Shown: positions 1-11,252 of the stretch, piece after piece | Numbering within the stretch: position 1 is the first letter of the stretch | How the letters are laid out: each line of letters opens with the position of its first letter | Assembly (NCBI GenBank): GCA_020536535.1 | Contig: JAHLWZ010000886.1 | Coordinates: 1 to 59,165 of the forward strand | Reading direction: 5' to 3' | Length of the DNA stretch: 59,165 bases | From: Pelomyxa schiedti | Taxonomy: Eukaryota > Protista > Evosea | Position numbers and translations under genes: made by a program | Notes under the pieces: generated by a model | Databases searched by the model: none | Seen by the model: the letters and a program-made list of their open reading frames with translations, nothing else | Told to the model about the DNA's origin: nothing

Positions 1-121
1 GGGATGCTGATATTCACAGAAGAGGACACACAGGTAGTTATCTCAGTAGGGGCTGCCTCACGGGCTTCTTCTCCAAGCCATAGTGTCACACATGAGCTTC
101 TGTCAACTAGAATCGATGGTG
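1..121. repeat. Exact copy of 733-853 (part of a CAP C-terminal exon); probable edge of a 732-bp tandem duplication
   Basis: gggatgctgatattcacag...agaatcgatggtg is identical at 1-121 and 733-853; the right-hand flanks differ. Confidence 0.95.
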
Positions 122-396
122 GGGGAATGATGGCTGAAGATGAGGATGTTGTTACGGATGTGCTTGAAGTTGTTGTTGTTGTTGTTGTTGTTGTTGTCGA
201 CGGCGGCGGGAGTTGCAGGGGTATTGCCCCGTGTTGCATTAGTGCCACTCTGGCACGTGGTGGGCGACATGGCAGCCTGGCCGCCGTCATGCGTAAGGGC
301 ATGAGAACCGTGGCACGTTCTGGTTCGCTTTGGGTGAACCACGCACAGCGGTTGCTCCGCTCCCTCCCTCTTACGCGTGTAGTCTTGCATTTGCAA
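103..396 (-). pseudogene. 5' portion of a low-complexity protein gene truncated or chimeric at the duplication junction
   Basis: ORF MQMQDYTRKR...poly-N hits a stop just inside the duplicated CAP segment. The alternative frame (ATG at 302 or 290) reads through poly-T into CAP-derived PSILVDRSS and runs off the window. Confidence 0.4.
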
Positions 397-574
397 GATT
401 AACCCTTGAAACTCGGGCGTTATTAATAATATTTGATAAATGGCTGAAGAAAATAATCAACGGACCGGAACGCTGTCATTTTCGTTATCGTCGCTCAGGA
501 TCGGTGGTCTGGCATTTTTTTTATTCAGCCAAATGTCGAGATCTACGGACGGTAAAAATTTACGTTGTCAAGCA

Positions 575-2322
575 CTATGAGTGCTTGACACATTCGGAGA
601 ATAGTTTGCCACCCTGGAATACGATGGAGCGAACTTGTTCTGGTATTGGCAACTCCAGCTTAGGATAATTGTTTAATGGAACTGTTTATGGAAAGAAATG
701 AGCATACCACTTCCTCTGTGATATAACTGTTAGGGATGCTGATATTCACAGAAGAGGACACACAGGTAGTTATCTCAGTAGGGGCTGCCTCACGGGCTTC
801 TTCTCCAAGCCATAGTGTCACACATGAGCTTCTGTCAACTAGAATCGATGGTGCCTACAAGAGTAGAAGTGGGTATGTAAGTTTATAGAAGTGATTGATT
901 ACTTACTTTCTTTTTTATCTGTAGCTGAATGGAGCTTGAATCATAAATGTCAACGGATGATAGAACGCCTTGCTGGACGATTACGGCGCAATTCGTGCAT
1001 TTACCTTTGGAATAAGTTATGGCAATCCTTCTGCATTATTCTACGAATATTTCTAGTTGTTTTGAATATTAAAACCTATTGACACAGTGTGAACCTTATT
1101 TTCTACCAGAATATTACTGTCTTTGCAGGAAAAGATGGATACATTTTCATTTTGGTTTGTTGAAAATATTCGCAGCTCGGTAGCATTTTGGTTTTCCTAT
1201 GATGTAGGTTGTGAAAAATTTCAAATTTTGAGTGTAATTATGTACCACAATCCACTTTCTCCCCTTTTTTTCACATCTTGGTATGGTTGGCTTACTGGGT
1301 GTTCTGTGCAAATTGAGCAAAACCAAAAGATAGTTAAATATCATCTACCTATCGATTGCTTTAAACTTATAGACTCGAGAACTAGCCGATTCGTGTTCAG
1401 TGCTATTTCTTTCATCTGTGCAAGCTTCAGAAGGCTCTTCAGGTGCAGGAGTGATTACGTCACCCTAAGATAAATTGAGATTGTGGTGCCTGTTACTGTT
1501 AGAGTTGACCTCCGGATTCCATGTGACACCAGTAGGGTGAAATAATCTCACATAGTCAGTTAACTCCCGTAAGAAGGAAGTGAATCCATTTGCCCATTCA
1601 ACCATCGCGGGATCTCTAAATACAGTCAAAATGGTATGAGGCAAAGAGTGTTACTTGTCCCTAGACTGCACTATGGCACGATTAGTATAGTACTCCGTCC
1701 CCGGGAACATATCTTCAAGAAAAGATACAGGAGTTTCCTGGCGATATAGTAGTGCTAAGAGTCAACTTCGATAAAAAAATGGTTTTTTACCACGAAAATC
1801 CAGTTCAAGCATAAAGCAGCTTCACACAAAGAAAGAATGCAAGGAAGCTCAAATACACCCCGACACCGGTTCCTGTATCCAACAATTCTCTCAATACACA
1901 ATAGAAGAGGCTTCGCTATCTCCCTGGCACACTGGTCCGTAGGCTTCTGTGCCGTTGCAGCCAAGCCAATGAATTCAGCTTCTAACTTACATGCCAACAC
2001 AAACTCGCTCATCTTTTTTTTTTTTTTTTGTGTTTACTAGAGAGAAGTACAATCATCACCCATCACCTACCTGTGTGTGCAGAATGGGGCTGATTTGTTC
2101 AGCCAGAGGAATTTCCAACAACTCCAAGTGCATAATAAGGCACTCCAATTCCGCCTGCGCCTCACAAATTGCTCCCTCCTCTTCCTCCCCCTCCTGCACT
2201 TGTTTAGCCTCACAACAAACGCCCTCGATGCAACCACCAACTGCTGGCTCGGCGGCATTGATGCCAGCCATGGCTGCTGTTGTGGCTGTTGTTGCTGTGG
2301 TGGTGTTGGGTGTATCTGTCAT
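575..2322 (-). CDS. CAP: Adenylyl cyclase-associated protein (CAP/Srv2)-like, multi-exon
   Basis: N-terminal helical domain motifs QKP...AKPL...YRNR...LCEAALCLNWIFV, TPVSFLEDM...YYTNR and VEWANGF...YVRLFHPTGVTWNP. C-terminal CARP domain: KKGRKWIV, APSILVDRSS...EITTCVSSSVNISIP, ELPIPEQ...GKLFSECVKHS*. Confidence 0.88.
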
Positions 2323-2460
2323 GGACTTAGGTGAATTTCCTTCTTTTCGTGTAGTGAAGTGGGTCGACTTTAGAAAGAATTTCGCCAAAAAAAAAGGTTG
2401 ATTGTTGACGGAATTTCGTGAGATTGTGTTGTGGTGTGTTGTGTAGTAGTGTTTGGTTGT

Positions 2461-5400
2461 TCAAAGACGAGAGGGCGTAGAGGGAGTGGGGCTTCCTCCT
2501 GGGGGAAGAGCGGGGAGGGTCTGGGACAGGCGGTGCCCGTTGGGGGGCAGGGGGCGGACCGTGGCGGGGCTGGCGGTGACCAGCGGGGGCGGGGGCACCG
2601 GCGTGGGGTTGGCGTTGACTGCTGGGGGAGGCGGGATGGCTGGCGGGAGTATGGCTGGCTGCTGCTGCGGCGGGGGCGGCGGCGGCTGCTGCGGCAGGCC
2701 GCCCGGGGGGCTGACGCCCGGTGCCGTGGATGGCGGTGGGAGTGGGGTGGGGGCGGAGGGCTGGAGGGAGCCGACTTGCCAGCCACTGGGGCGGGCCGAG
2801 GTGGACCGGGCGAGCGGCGGCTTGGTGGTCGGAGTGCCTGGCGTGGGGGCGGTGCTGGTGGCGGGGGTGACGATGGGCGGGGGAATGGCCGTGTTAGGGG
2901 GAGCAATGGCAGTAGAGCTGGCGGGAGGTGGGATAGTGGGGGTAGAGGGAGGGGGGATGCTTGGTGTGGAGGGTGGCGGGATTGTGGCAGGAGTTGGGGG
3001 TGGAGTGGAAGATAGAGGGGGTGGAAGAATCGCTGGCTGAGGTATGGGGGTAACTATTTGTGTAGGTGGTTGAATTGGCGCCGTTGTTGGAGGAGTGGTG
3101 TGTTCCGGCTCCCTTCTAGCTGAAGGGTGCGCAGGTGTGAAAGAGTGTGGGACTGGAGGGGGTGGTGGAGGGGGAGGAGCAGGGGGAGCCATGATCGTTG
3201 AAGCGATATCTGATTGAATAGGAACAGCGGGACGTGCAGACTCGCCTATTTCAATTAACTGAAGGAGGTAAGAACTAATTTACTGCAAGACGTTCAAGAA
3301 ACCTTGAATAGGTCGCCTATCCTACGATCCAAGTCATACATTCGAAACATGAATGGTAAATTCATCCCCAAACTGTTAACTTCGCCTTTCACCTCTTGGA
3401 TAAGCAGCAATGCAGCTTTCCTGTATGGAATAAGTTTACATATCATTGGAAAAGAAGGCCACCTGATCGATTGAGACTTCTCCAATGAAACTTGGTTCGC
3501 GGCAATATTAACATATGGGATGCTCTTTTGCTTGTACGTATCACACAACGGGGACTGAAGGAGTGAACTCATCTAACTATGTTGGTCTTGTGTGAGAAAA
3601 TGAAGACTTGTTACCTCACGTGCAAGCTTACTTAAATAGACAATTTCCGAGATTGCCTCAGATTCTGTAATCATTTAGTTGAATTTATGTGATATTGGAA
3701 AAACCAGCAGTTCTGAGGTACAACTCATCTAACCTCTTTTGGATTCGATCGAAGATTTTTGTGACACGTTTCTTGGGTAAATCCAAATCGGCCTATGATG
3801 GTAAAAAAGGGTCCCCGTCGGACAAACATGCCTCATTGACTGTGATTGGGTCGTTCCATTCGGGTGGCACATCTGGGGTCAATCCTGTACCCACTAAACA
3901 GGAATTAGATCTTGTTTAACCTTCCCAATTCCCCCTTGGTACCCACCATCAGCTTGTCCTTGCTGTTCAAGTTTCCTTATTTTATTTCGAAGTAGCCTAT
4001 TTTCTGCTTCAGCAGCCCTCCTCAATGTAGACTCACGTTCAGCAAAACTGTGCAAGGATTCACAGTAGTCTTCAAGTTGTTTGAAGAATAGTATGCGAGA
4101 TTTCACTGCATTTGCAAGGGGGAGTGTGCCATCATCAACTTCTTCGTCAGCACCAGTGGTCTCAGTGGAAGGTGCTGCTGATGTTGATCCCTCAAGTTTA
4201 AACTTCCGGTCAAAACCCTTCTTCTTGTTGCTTGCCAGCTCGATGAGAAGTTGGCAGTCATACTAAAGGTGCTCTCAATGGAAGAAAATTCCACATGGTG
4301 TGGGGATACCGATGGAAACTTCTTACTGATATGATCAACAATAAGGTCAACACCCTTAGTTACTTGTTGAAGGAGAAAGTTGAGGTCTTCATCTTGGTTT
4401 TCCTCAGGTTCTGCTAAAGGGGCCCCACTATCAGGTAATGGTGATGCGACCTACTTGATTAGAAATCATTTGGCGCAACTCTGATTTACACACTGAAATT
4501 TGGTCCAAAAAGTTTAGTAAAAGAGGAATATTTCTAGCTATGACTTTGTTTATTGTAGAAAGTTGCTCGTTGGAGGATGGATTAGCAAATTCAACACCAT
4601 TCGCAAGTTTTTGTAGAAGTGTGGAGATCTTTTGTCGAATTAGCTGGTTTTGACCAAACGTGTAAATACCATCATGACAGTTTTCATTGATTGTTCATTG
4701 GGCTTTTCTGGATGGTTTTAAGAAAAAAAGAAAAGTTTAGCGAGGTTTCTACCGGGAAGTATCCCGGCTGTATCAGGGGTCAGAACGGCAGGGCACAAGA
4801 ATCTTAAAAACAAAAACCCCCCAACAGCAATTGTTTTAATTTGAGGTGATTTCTTGGCTACTTCCGTATAGACATGATGGAAGATTTGCCGCAATATCCT
4901 GTTGAAAAAAAAAATATTTTTACTTTTGAAAGATGTATCTACCACATACATTGGACAAGCTTCCTTTGAGGCAAAGATTTTGTCGCACAAGTCTTGGAGT
5001 ATCCCAGTCAGCCTAGTCACGCTTGCGTTCAAATCTACACCTTCTGGTGCACTTAGTTGTGTGAGATGTCCACTCAACTTTACTAAATTAGAAGAAATAC
5101 GTGATGGACATGTACCTGTAAGTTGAAGTCTCTTGCAGTCACTTGGGAAAAGAAGGGGCCCAAGCAAAATCTTAGATAATCTCTTCCGTATTTTCTGTAA
5201 TATACATTCATCATCCGTGTGGCAAGTGAGTTGTTTCTAAACAATGTCTCCGCCTTGGCTTTTTTTTTTCCCCCTCAATGTTATAACGAGTGGAGGTTGC
5301 ACACCAGCATACTTGTCTCCTTTATTTCCTCGTTGATAGCCCATTTGATCAAATTGTTTGCCACACCATAGGAGAGATGAATTGTTGCAAGAGCTTCAGA

Positions 5401-5597
5401 GTTATGGAGCAAGTTCTCCTTAGCTGCAAGTGCAGATGCAGTGGACAATGCCGAGGACAGTTCAGGCCCACTGAACAGCAACTACAAAAACTATGTAAGC
5501 AAATACGCTACAAACAGTGTTGTTGGGTTGGCATTGTGGGAGAGTTTGCCGTTTTAAAGGCGGCGATTCGCTCTTGCTTGCTTGGTCGCCGATGCAT
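2461..5597 (-). CDS. RasGAP-domain protein with coiled coil and long proline-rich C-terminus
   Basis: Arginine-finger motif ETLFRNNSLATRMM; GGFLFLRFLCPAVLTP signature; ISTLLQKLAN; coiled coil at 3894-4106; poly-Pro last exon 2461-3192. Start ATG 5597 is inferred. Confidence 0.85.
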
Positions 5598-5825
5598 TTA
5601 GTGCTAGTGGCGAATTATTATTCTCGGACGTTGGAGGGTGCTGTTTTTAGACCTGACCATTCCATCACACTCGCGAGCCATACTTGCTTGCCGATAATTG
5701 TGCTTTCTCTGCTTTAACGGCCAGCACGTGAATCACTCTCCAAAGTGAGTGTCACACAAACCAGAATCACCCCAGATTTCTCCCTTCAATCGACGCGGAA
5801 AAAGTAAAATCAAAGAACGAACGCG

Positions 5826-6539
5826 ATGAGCCAGCCGCAGTTTATTCTGATCTCTACGTCGGCAGGTAAGTGCGTTTTGACACCTTGTAATTATGTCAAA
5901 GTTTGACAGGCAGCTAACATAACCACAAATACCAAACAAAACCCACAAGGCAACATCAAGATCAAGATGTTGCGTGACCAGGCTCCCAAGACGTGTGAGA
6001 CAATCTCGAAGTTGGTGTCGTCGGGGTTGTACAATGGTTGTTGCTTCTACAGAGCCGAACCAGGTTTCGTAGTTCAAGGTACGATCTCCTTTGTGTTTCT
6101 CCATGAGATCTGATCTTGCACTTACACAAAGGGGGTTTGAGGACCCCTGAGGGGACAGTACGTAAAAGCCCTTTTGGCGGGATTCCACTCGAGTACGGGG
6201 CCCTAAATAAGAAAGGCACAGTCACCCTTGCTCGTTGGGAGAAGACTGACTCTGGTGACAGTGAGTTCTTTGTATGTTGCCCATTTCCGCCTTATAACAG
6301 TGCCTACCACCCCAAATGCCAATCTAACGTCCATTTCATCACAACAGATTAACCTGAACAACAACACAAACCTTGACCGCTATGGCACAAGTGGTTGGGC
6401 TCTTGGGTTTGCCGTTTGGGGAATGATTGTTGAAGGCATGGATGTTGTTGAAGCCATTTCAAACCACCCAACAACCACACAAGGTGGGTTAAAAATGTTG
6501 ACCAGACCAGTGGCATTTACCTCTGTATCCCTTGTCTAA
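5826..6539 (+). CDS. Cyclophilin-type peptidyl-prolyl cis-trans isomerase (PpiA/PpiB-like), 4 exons
   Basis: Spliced product: GNIKIKMLRDQAPKT...GLYNGCCFYRAEPGFVVQGG...NKKGTVTLAR...SGDSEFFINL.NN.NLD...GFAVWGMIVEGMDVVEAI. Confidence 0.92.
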
Positions 6540-6611
6540 AAATCAAAAATAAAAAAGCTTCTCGGGTGATAACCCAAAGTTATGCTATTGGCGTAAAAAA
6601 CCACATTTCAA

Positions 6612-9600
6612 TCAAGCTGTAGAAAATTGCCAGAATCCAGTCCCATACCTTTTATTTGTGGTGAGTGAAAAATAACTCTTGGAATAGTAGAAACAATTCG
6701 TCAGCCCAGGGGAACTTTTCTCTCACTTTGGGGCCACAATCCTTTCCAAGTGTGCAAACAATGAGCCCATTCAGGATAACACTGTGATCATTCACCTTGA
6801 TGTTTTGATAGTTGAGCCGTTTTGTGGCATTAGTAGGAATGATTACCTGTTGGCCTCCATCCAAGACTATATTGTACAGTTTATGAACAAATGTGGAAAC
6901 AGGTGTTGCTACAGTGAAGGGATGTACCCATTCGCCTTGAAGGCAAATAGGGTGACCAGGAGTAAGCCCAACTCCACAAACATAAGCCATTGACTGCATG
7001 CAGTCTAGAGTGCGAATAGAGAGCAGGGCAATCCTTCTGGGCCGCATTTGCTCACTCAACACCAAGTCGCCATCACATAAATCCTCCACTTTTCTGTAAG
7101 GGTTACTCGGAATTTTCAGTGTACAATAAGTCGGTACTTGCGACTATAATCACTCATAAGGATATACGCATCTCCAAGAAAGCATGCGGCTCTATTTGGC
7201 CCCTTGGTATGTGTGAAATGGATGACGATGTGAAACAACTATTTGACTTCTGAACCTTAAATGGATCGACTGTAATTTTCACAACTTTGGGGGTTGAATT
7301 TTTCCATAGTAATTTCCGTGCTTGTGATAGAACTGGAAGCGATGAAAACCAGTGTTGGCCCCCAATAATTACACACAGGTTTTCCGCAAATTTGTTTTCT
7401 CACTGCTATGTACAAAGGGCCTCCATAAAATATCATCATCGCATAATGAATAGAATGCTTTACATGTCTGATTGGAATCTGAGCTTATATAATAGGGAAG
7501 CAATAATACGTGGCCAAGTAAGCACAACTCTTCTGCACTCAGATATGACAGTACCAACAACCAGCACTGGTGGGGCATACGAGTAACAGGATTATAGAAA
7601 AGTGAAAATGTGTATCCATCTCCAAGGATTCTGGCCTCGGTTTGGCGCAATACTCCTCCACAAAGGAAAACTGCTTGTCCTCTTGGTACAACTGAGTGAA
7701 ACTAAATTCTATCAAGAAAGCATACGGGATACACAAACTTACCTCCCTTGATACAGGTGCAGCCTCACTTTTCGCTCTGGACCATATTTTTTTAGACAAA
7801 TCTAGGCTTTTACGTTATTAGCTTCTATCTGTATAACCTAGCACTTACACGGAAAATTCGCACGCTTCACTTTCATTAGCTGACCCGACGACAACGAATG
7901 TTGAATCGTCTATGAGGCAACCACGATTGCCTCTCTGAGGTGTGGGGGGTAAACCAAATGATGTGTGGCATGACCAAGTGAATGTGGCTTCGCTGAGGTT
8001 GACAGACCACAGGTCAGAAAACTTGATCCTTTTTTCATTGATGCCACCAAAGACAAACATTTCACCTAGACTTGGGAAACTGTTAGAAAAAGAAGGATTT
8101 GGATTAGGGTTTGCCAGCACGTATCATACCTTGTTACAAATGCAGAGTGGTAATGCCGCCCTGGAGGTGTTACAGAACCTGCATCAACTCTATGCCACTC
8201 GGCCGTCGTAAGATTGAATTCTATGCACCTTTAGATATTTTGCTTTCCTTCCATTTTACCATATAAACGATGAGAAGACATCCCCGGAGAGTGAAATCCA
8301 CCAAAAAGATATAGCTTCCCATTCCAACTATGCAGACTCAGGTGAAATTAAAAAGGTAAGATACATACTGCACTAAGGATGCACCAATTAGGGCCGCTGG
8401 TTCTTCAGGGCCGACGCAAGTATTAAGTCTTTGAAGGCCACAGTCTGGCATTTCTATCAAGAATAGGGATCTCGAAAAAGATACAGATGCTGAAGGAAGA
8501 GTACTGCTCGGAGGTGATGCAGTTGATTCTGAAGCAACAGTTTCTCCCTCTGTTACTACCGTACTAGATTGTGGAATTTCTGAGTCCAAGGGAACTGTTG
8601 AGGATGCGGTTGGGCTAGAGGCTGTATCAGATAAATTCCCGCCATAGAGAAAAATCCTGTTCCCCACCTGACAAGCTGCTGGAAACTGTGAACCGCCAAA
8701 AGATACACCACTGCATGTCAAGGGGATGGGCGGCAGCCATTTTCTTGTAGTTAAATTAAATCTTTGTGCAGTGCGCGCAGGCACCTTGGAGGAGTCACAG
8801 CCTCCAACTATGTATAAAATGTCATGTAGTACTGCAGAAGAATGGCCATAACTAAATTTGAAAACGATAAGAGCAAAGGTATTTGTGTTTCGTATATACC
8901 GACAGCAGGGTTCTGCAACTGAAGGTGGCCCAAATATTGATTCACAACATACTAGGCCAGAGGTGGATGATAACACAGGTGCAGGTAACGAACTAGGAGG
9001 GGGTGGGGTCGAACTTGATCCGAAAAGTAACCGAGAGAAAAATCCTGTTCTATATTAGTATTTTATTAGATGAGAGGCTACTTTCCAGGAGTACTCGGCT
9101 TTTTTTTGGCATCAGGAGAGTAGTTAATAGCTTCAAACATAACGTCAATAAGAGTCTGTTCATTTGTTTTTTTGCTCCAAGGAGAGACTTCTACATAAGC
9201 ATATGCACCAATGTCATCAGCTATCTTTTGAAATGGGGGAAAAAAAACAAAAAAAACGGGATAGTGAGTGCTTCCTCACACATCTGAGCTTTCGTGGATA
9301 TACCTGGACTCCCTCTTTCCAGTAAAAAGAGTCACTCATTGATTCTCGAGGACCTGCGATAGCGACCAAAACTATGGCTACACCAGGGCAGTTGTTCCAT
9401 GCTTCTGGGAACCACTTTTGGACAATCTCATGTTTAGTCAGGCCAAAAAACGAGAAGCCGATTCTGAAGCATAGGAGAAACAAGTCGGTCCCGGGATACG
9501 AGAGAGGTCGGTCCCAGTCCCTGAACTCGTATTCCATGCGGACAATGTCGTGGATCTCGAAATTAAAGTCGTCTCCGTTCGAGGTCTTTTTGCGCAAAGC

Positions 9601-9795
9601 CACAGCCCCGAGTGTGTCAGTCGACCACGTCCCGAAATTCGGTGCCTTCCCGTCCCTCATCAACGTCACAAGTGACGTCTGCGGGTCACTCTTAACCAAA
9701 CAAGGGAAAAAAGGGGGGGAGGAAAGAGAATGCACCTTGCCAGTTTCCCCCGCCCCCAGGATGAACACCTTGTGTGTCTTTGGTGTGAGCCACAT
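6612..9795 (-). CDS. Multidomain protein: atypical Rho-like GTPase + Kelch repeats + F-box + C-terminal Hint (Vint-type) domain
   Basis: Rho: KVFILGAGETGKTSL, DRPLSYPGTDLFLLCF, KWFPE...CPGVAIVLV, IGAYAYVEVS. Kelch: YGHSSAV..DILYIVGG, RIFLYGG, KLYLFGG, MFVFGG..FSDLW. F-box: MPHQCWLLVLSYLSAEELCLLGH.CKAFYSLCDDDILWR. Hint: CFLGDAYILMSDYSRKKVEDLCDGDLV, GLTPGHPI, KLYNIVLD, VILNGLIVCTLG. Key joins (Rho-Kelch, F-box-Hint, within Hint) use phase-consistent GT-AG introns; the Kelch-F-box join was followed less closely. Confidence 0.8.
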
Positions 9796-10082
9796 TCCAA
9801 CGTAGCTCAAGAAATAAGGAAACAGTTAGGATCTTTCGTCTTCGGGAAACCGTTTCATCGAAGAGCAGATCTCTGGGTCTTGAGTGCCAACCTCAAGGGC
9901 TCTGCCCTACATTTCTCCATCTTTTCACCCTGTCTAGTACGTACAGCCGTTCAGGCTTTTTCTTCTATGGACCCCTGCCTGATGAGAATCCAATCCAAGC
10001 AGACGAAATTAAAAAGCCGATGGCAGACAAGCAGCCAGTTTACCGATTTTTGGTGTGGTTCCAACCCCATTTCCATTGTACT

Positions 10083-11117
10083 ATGTTTCCTTTATTAACG
10101 CTCGAAGAAAAGATATCGTTTGGAGTGTTGTTGTGGGCCCTGCTGTCATCTCGTGGCGGCGGTTTTTCCGGGCTTGCTGGTGCCGTTGTGTGTCCTGGCA
10201 CCTATCTAGTTTTGGACGTGAGGTCACTCGCGGCGTTGAGCAACTGCAGTTCGATTACAACTGAGTTGGACATCAACTGTCCGCAATGCACGGAAGAGGT
10301 AACTGAGTGAGTTGCTTGTTTGTGATTCATTGCTTTTATTTCTTTTTTTTTGGGCTATTACTGAGCATGGAAAAACGTAGGATATAATCGAGTACTTGGA
10401 TAACCTGGTCTTTGTTGAGGATATCTATATACATTCTGTTGGCTCATCTAGTGTTACGCTCAGCAACCTGGAAATAGTGAATGACCTTCTTACAGTTGAT
10501 ACTAGTGCTGTTGTGGTGCACTTCCCAAAAATGAACTTTGCCTATAGAATAATCGTGTCAGGAGGCAGGTCACCTTTTTTTTTTCCTCATCTCTCAAAGA
10601 TCTGATACATCATACAGCGCTTTCACTACATTTGACGCCCCCATACTCGGAAACATTGGAGACTACTTAATGCTTCAAAGCACAGCTACTGGTCTCACAC
10701 AATTTAGCGTCCCACAGCTCAAAGTCATTGAGTGTTGCGACTACAGCGGCGTGTGGATTGAAGCCCCAGCACTCACTGTTCTTGACATGCCTGAGCTGGA
10801 GGCGATACGTTGGGACTGGACAATGACTAACAGTGGTGTAGCTGTCATTAACATGCCAAAGCTCAAAATGGTTTATGATTACGTTACCTGGCGAGGGTGT
10901 GCATTCCCGAGTCATTCTCTTTGCCAGGCTTTAGGCTGACCTCCACAGAAATGCCGACTTGATTGACATATCGTCACTGTGGAACCCCCAATTTGCGGTT
11001 CTAAGCACGCTTCACTGCTCTGGCAGCCCAAACCTATGCTGCTCACAACTCACAACGCTTGAGGAGACTGCCTCCATTGAAGGCGGAATTGTGTCCAAGG
11101 ACTGCGCTCCTTGCTGA
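10083..11117 (+). CDS. Secreted receptor L-domain / Ecm33-like beta-solenoid protein
   Basis: Hydrophobic N-terminal segment; C..........L..LSNCSSITTELDI cap; repeated (L/F/M)P.L..(I/V) units (TLSNLEIV, HFPKM, SVPQLKVI, DMPELEAI, NMPKLKMV); ends SGSPNLCC...KDCAPC*. Confidence 0.65.
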
Positions 11118-11252
11118 TCATCTATTTAAACCCCACATGAAAAAAGGGGGCACCTTTTTGCCATTGTTGGAGGGGAACTCTGGTACCAGGTTTCAGGAAA
11201 TTCGCCATCAACTCTCACTAAACATTAAAAACCAAGTTGGCGTTGTTTAGAG

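Noticed and set aside
566-590. Perfect 11-bp hairpin (tgtcaagcact-atg-agtgcttgaca) over the CAP stop codon
   Set aside because: A single 11-bp stem can occur by chance in 59 kb; there is no SECIS-like or readthrough context and no second instance
2370-3040. Long overlapping Gly-rich and Arg-rich ORFs on both strands (also at 34159-34749, 38108-38782 and 42862-43524)
   Set aside because: Shadow frames of GC-rich proline or low-complexity exons that lack stops
6652-7184. Hint domain as a mobile intein
   Set aside because: It is C-terminal, has no terminal His-Asn plus nucleophile, no C-extein and no homing endonuclease, and it contains introns
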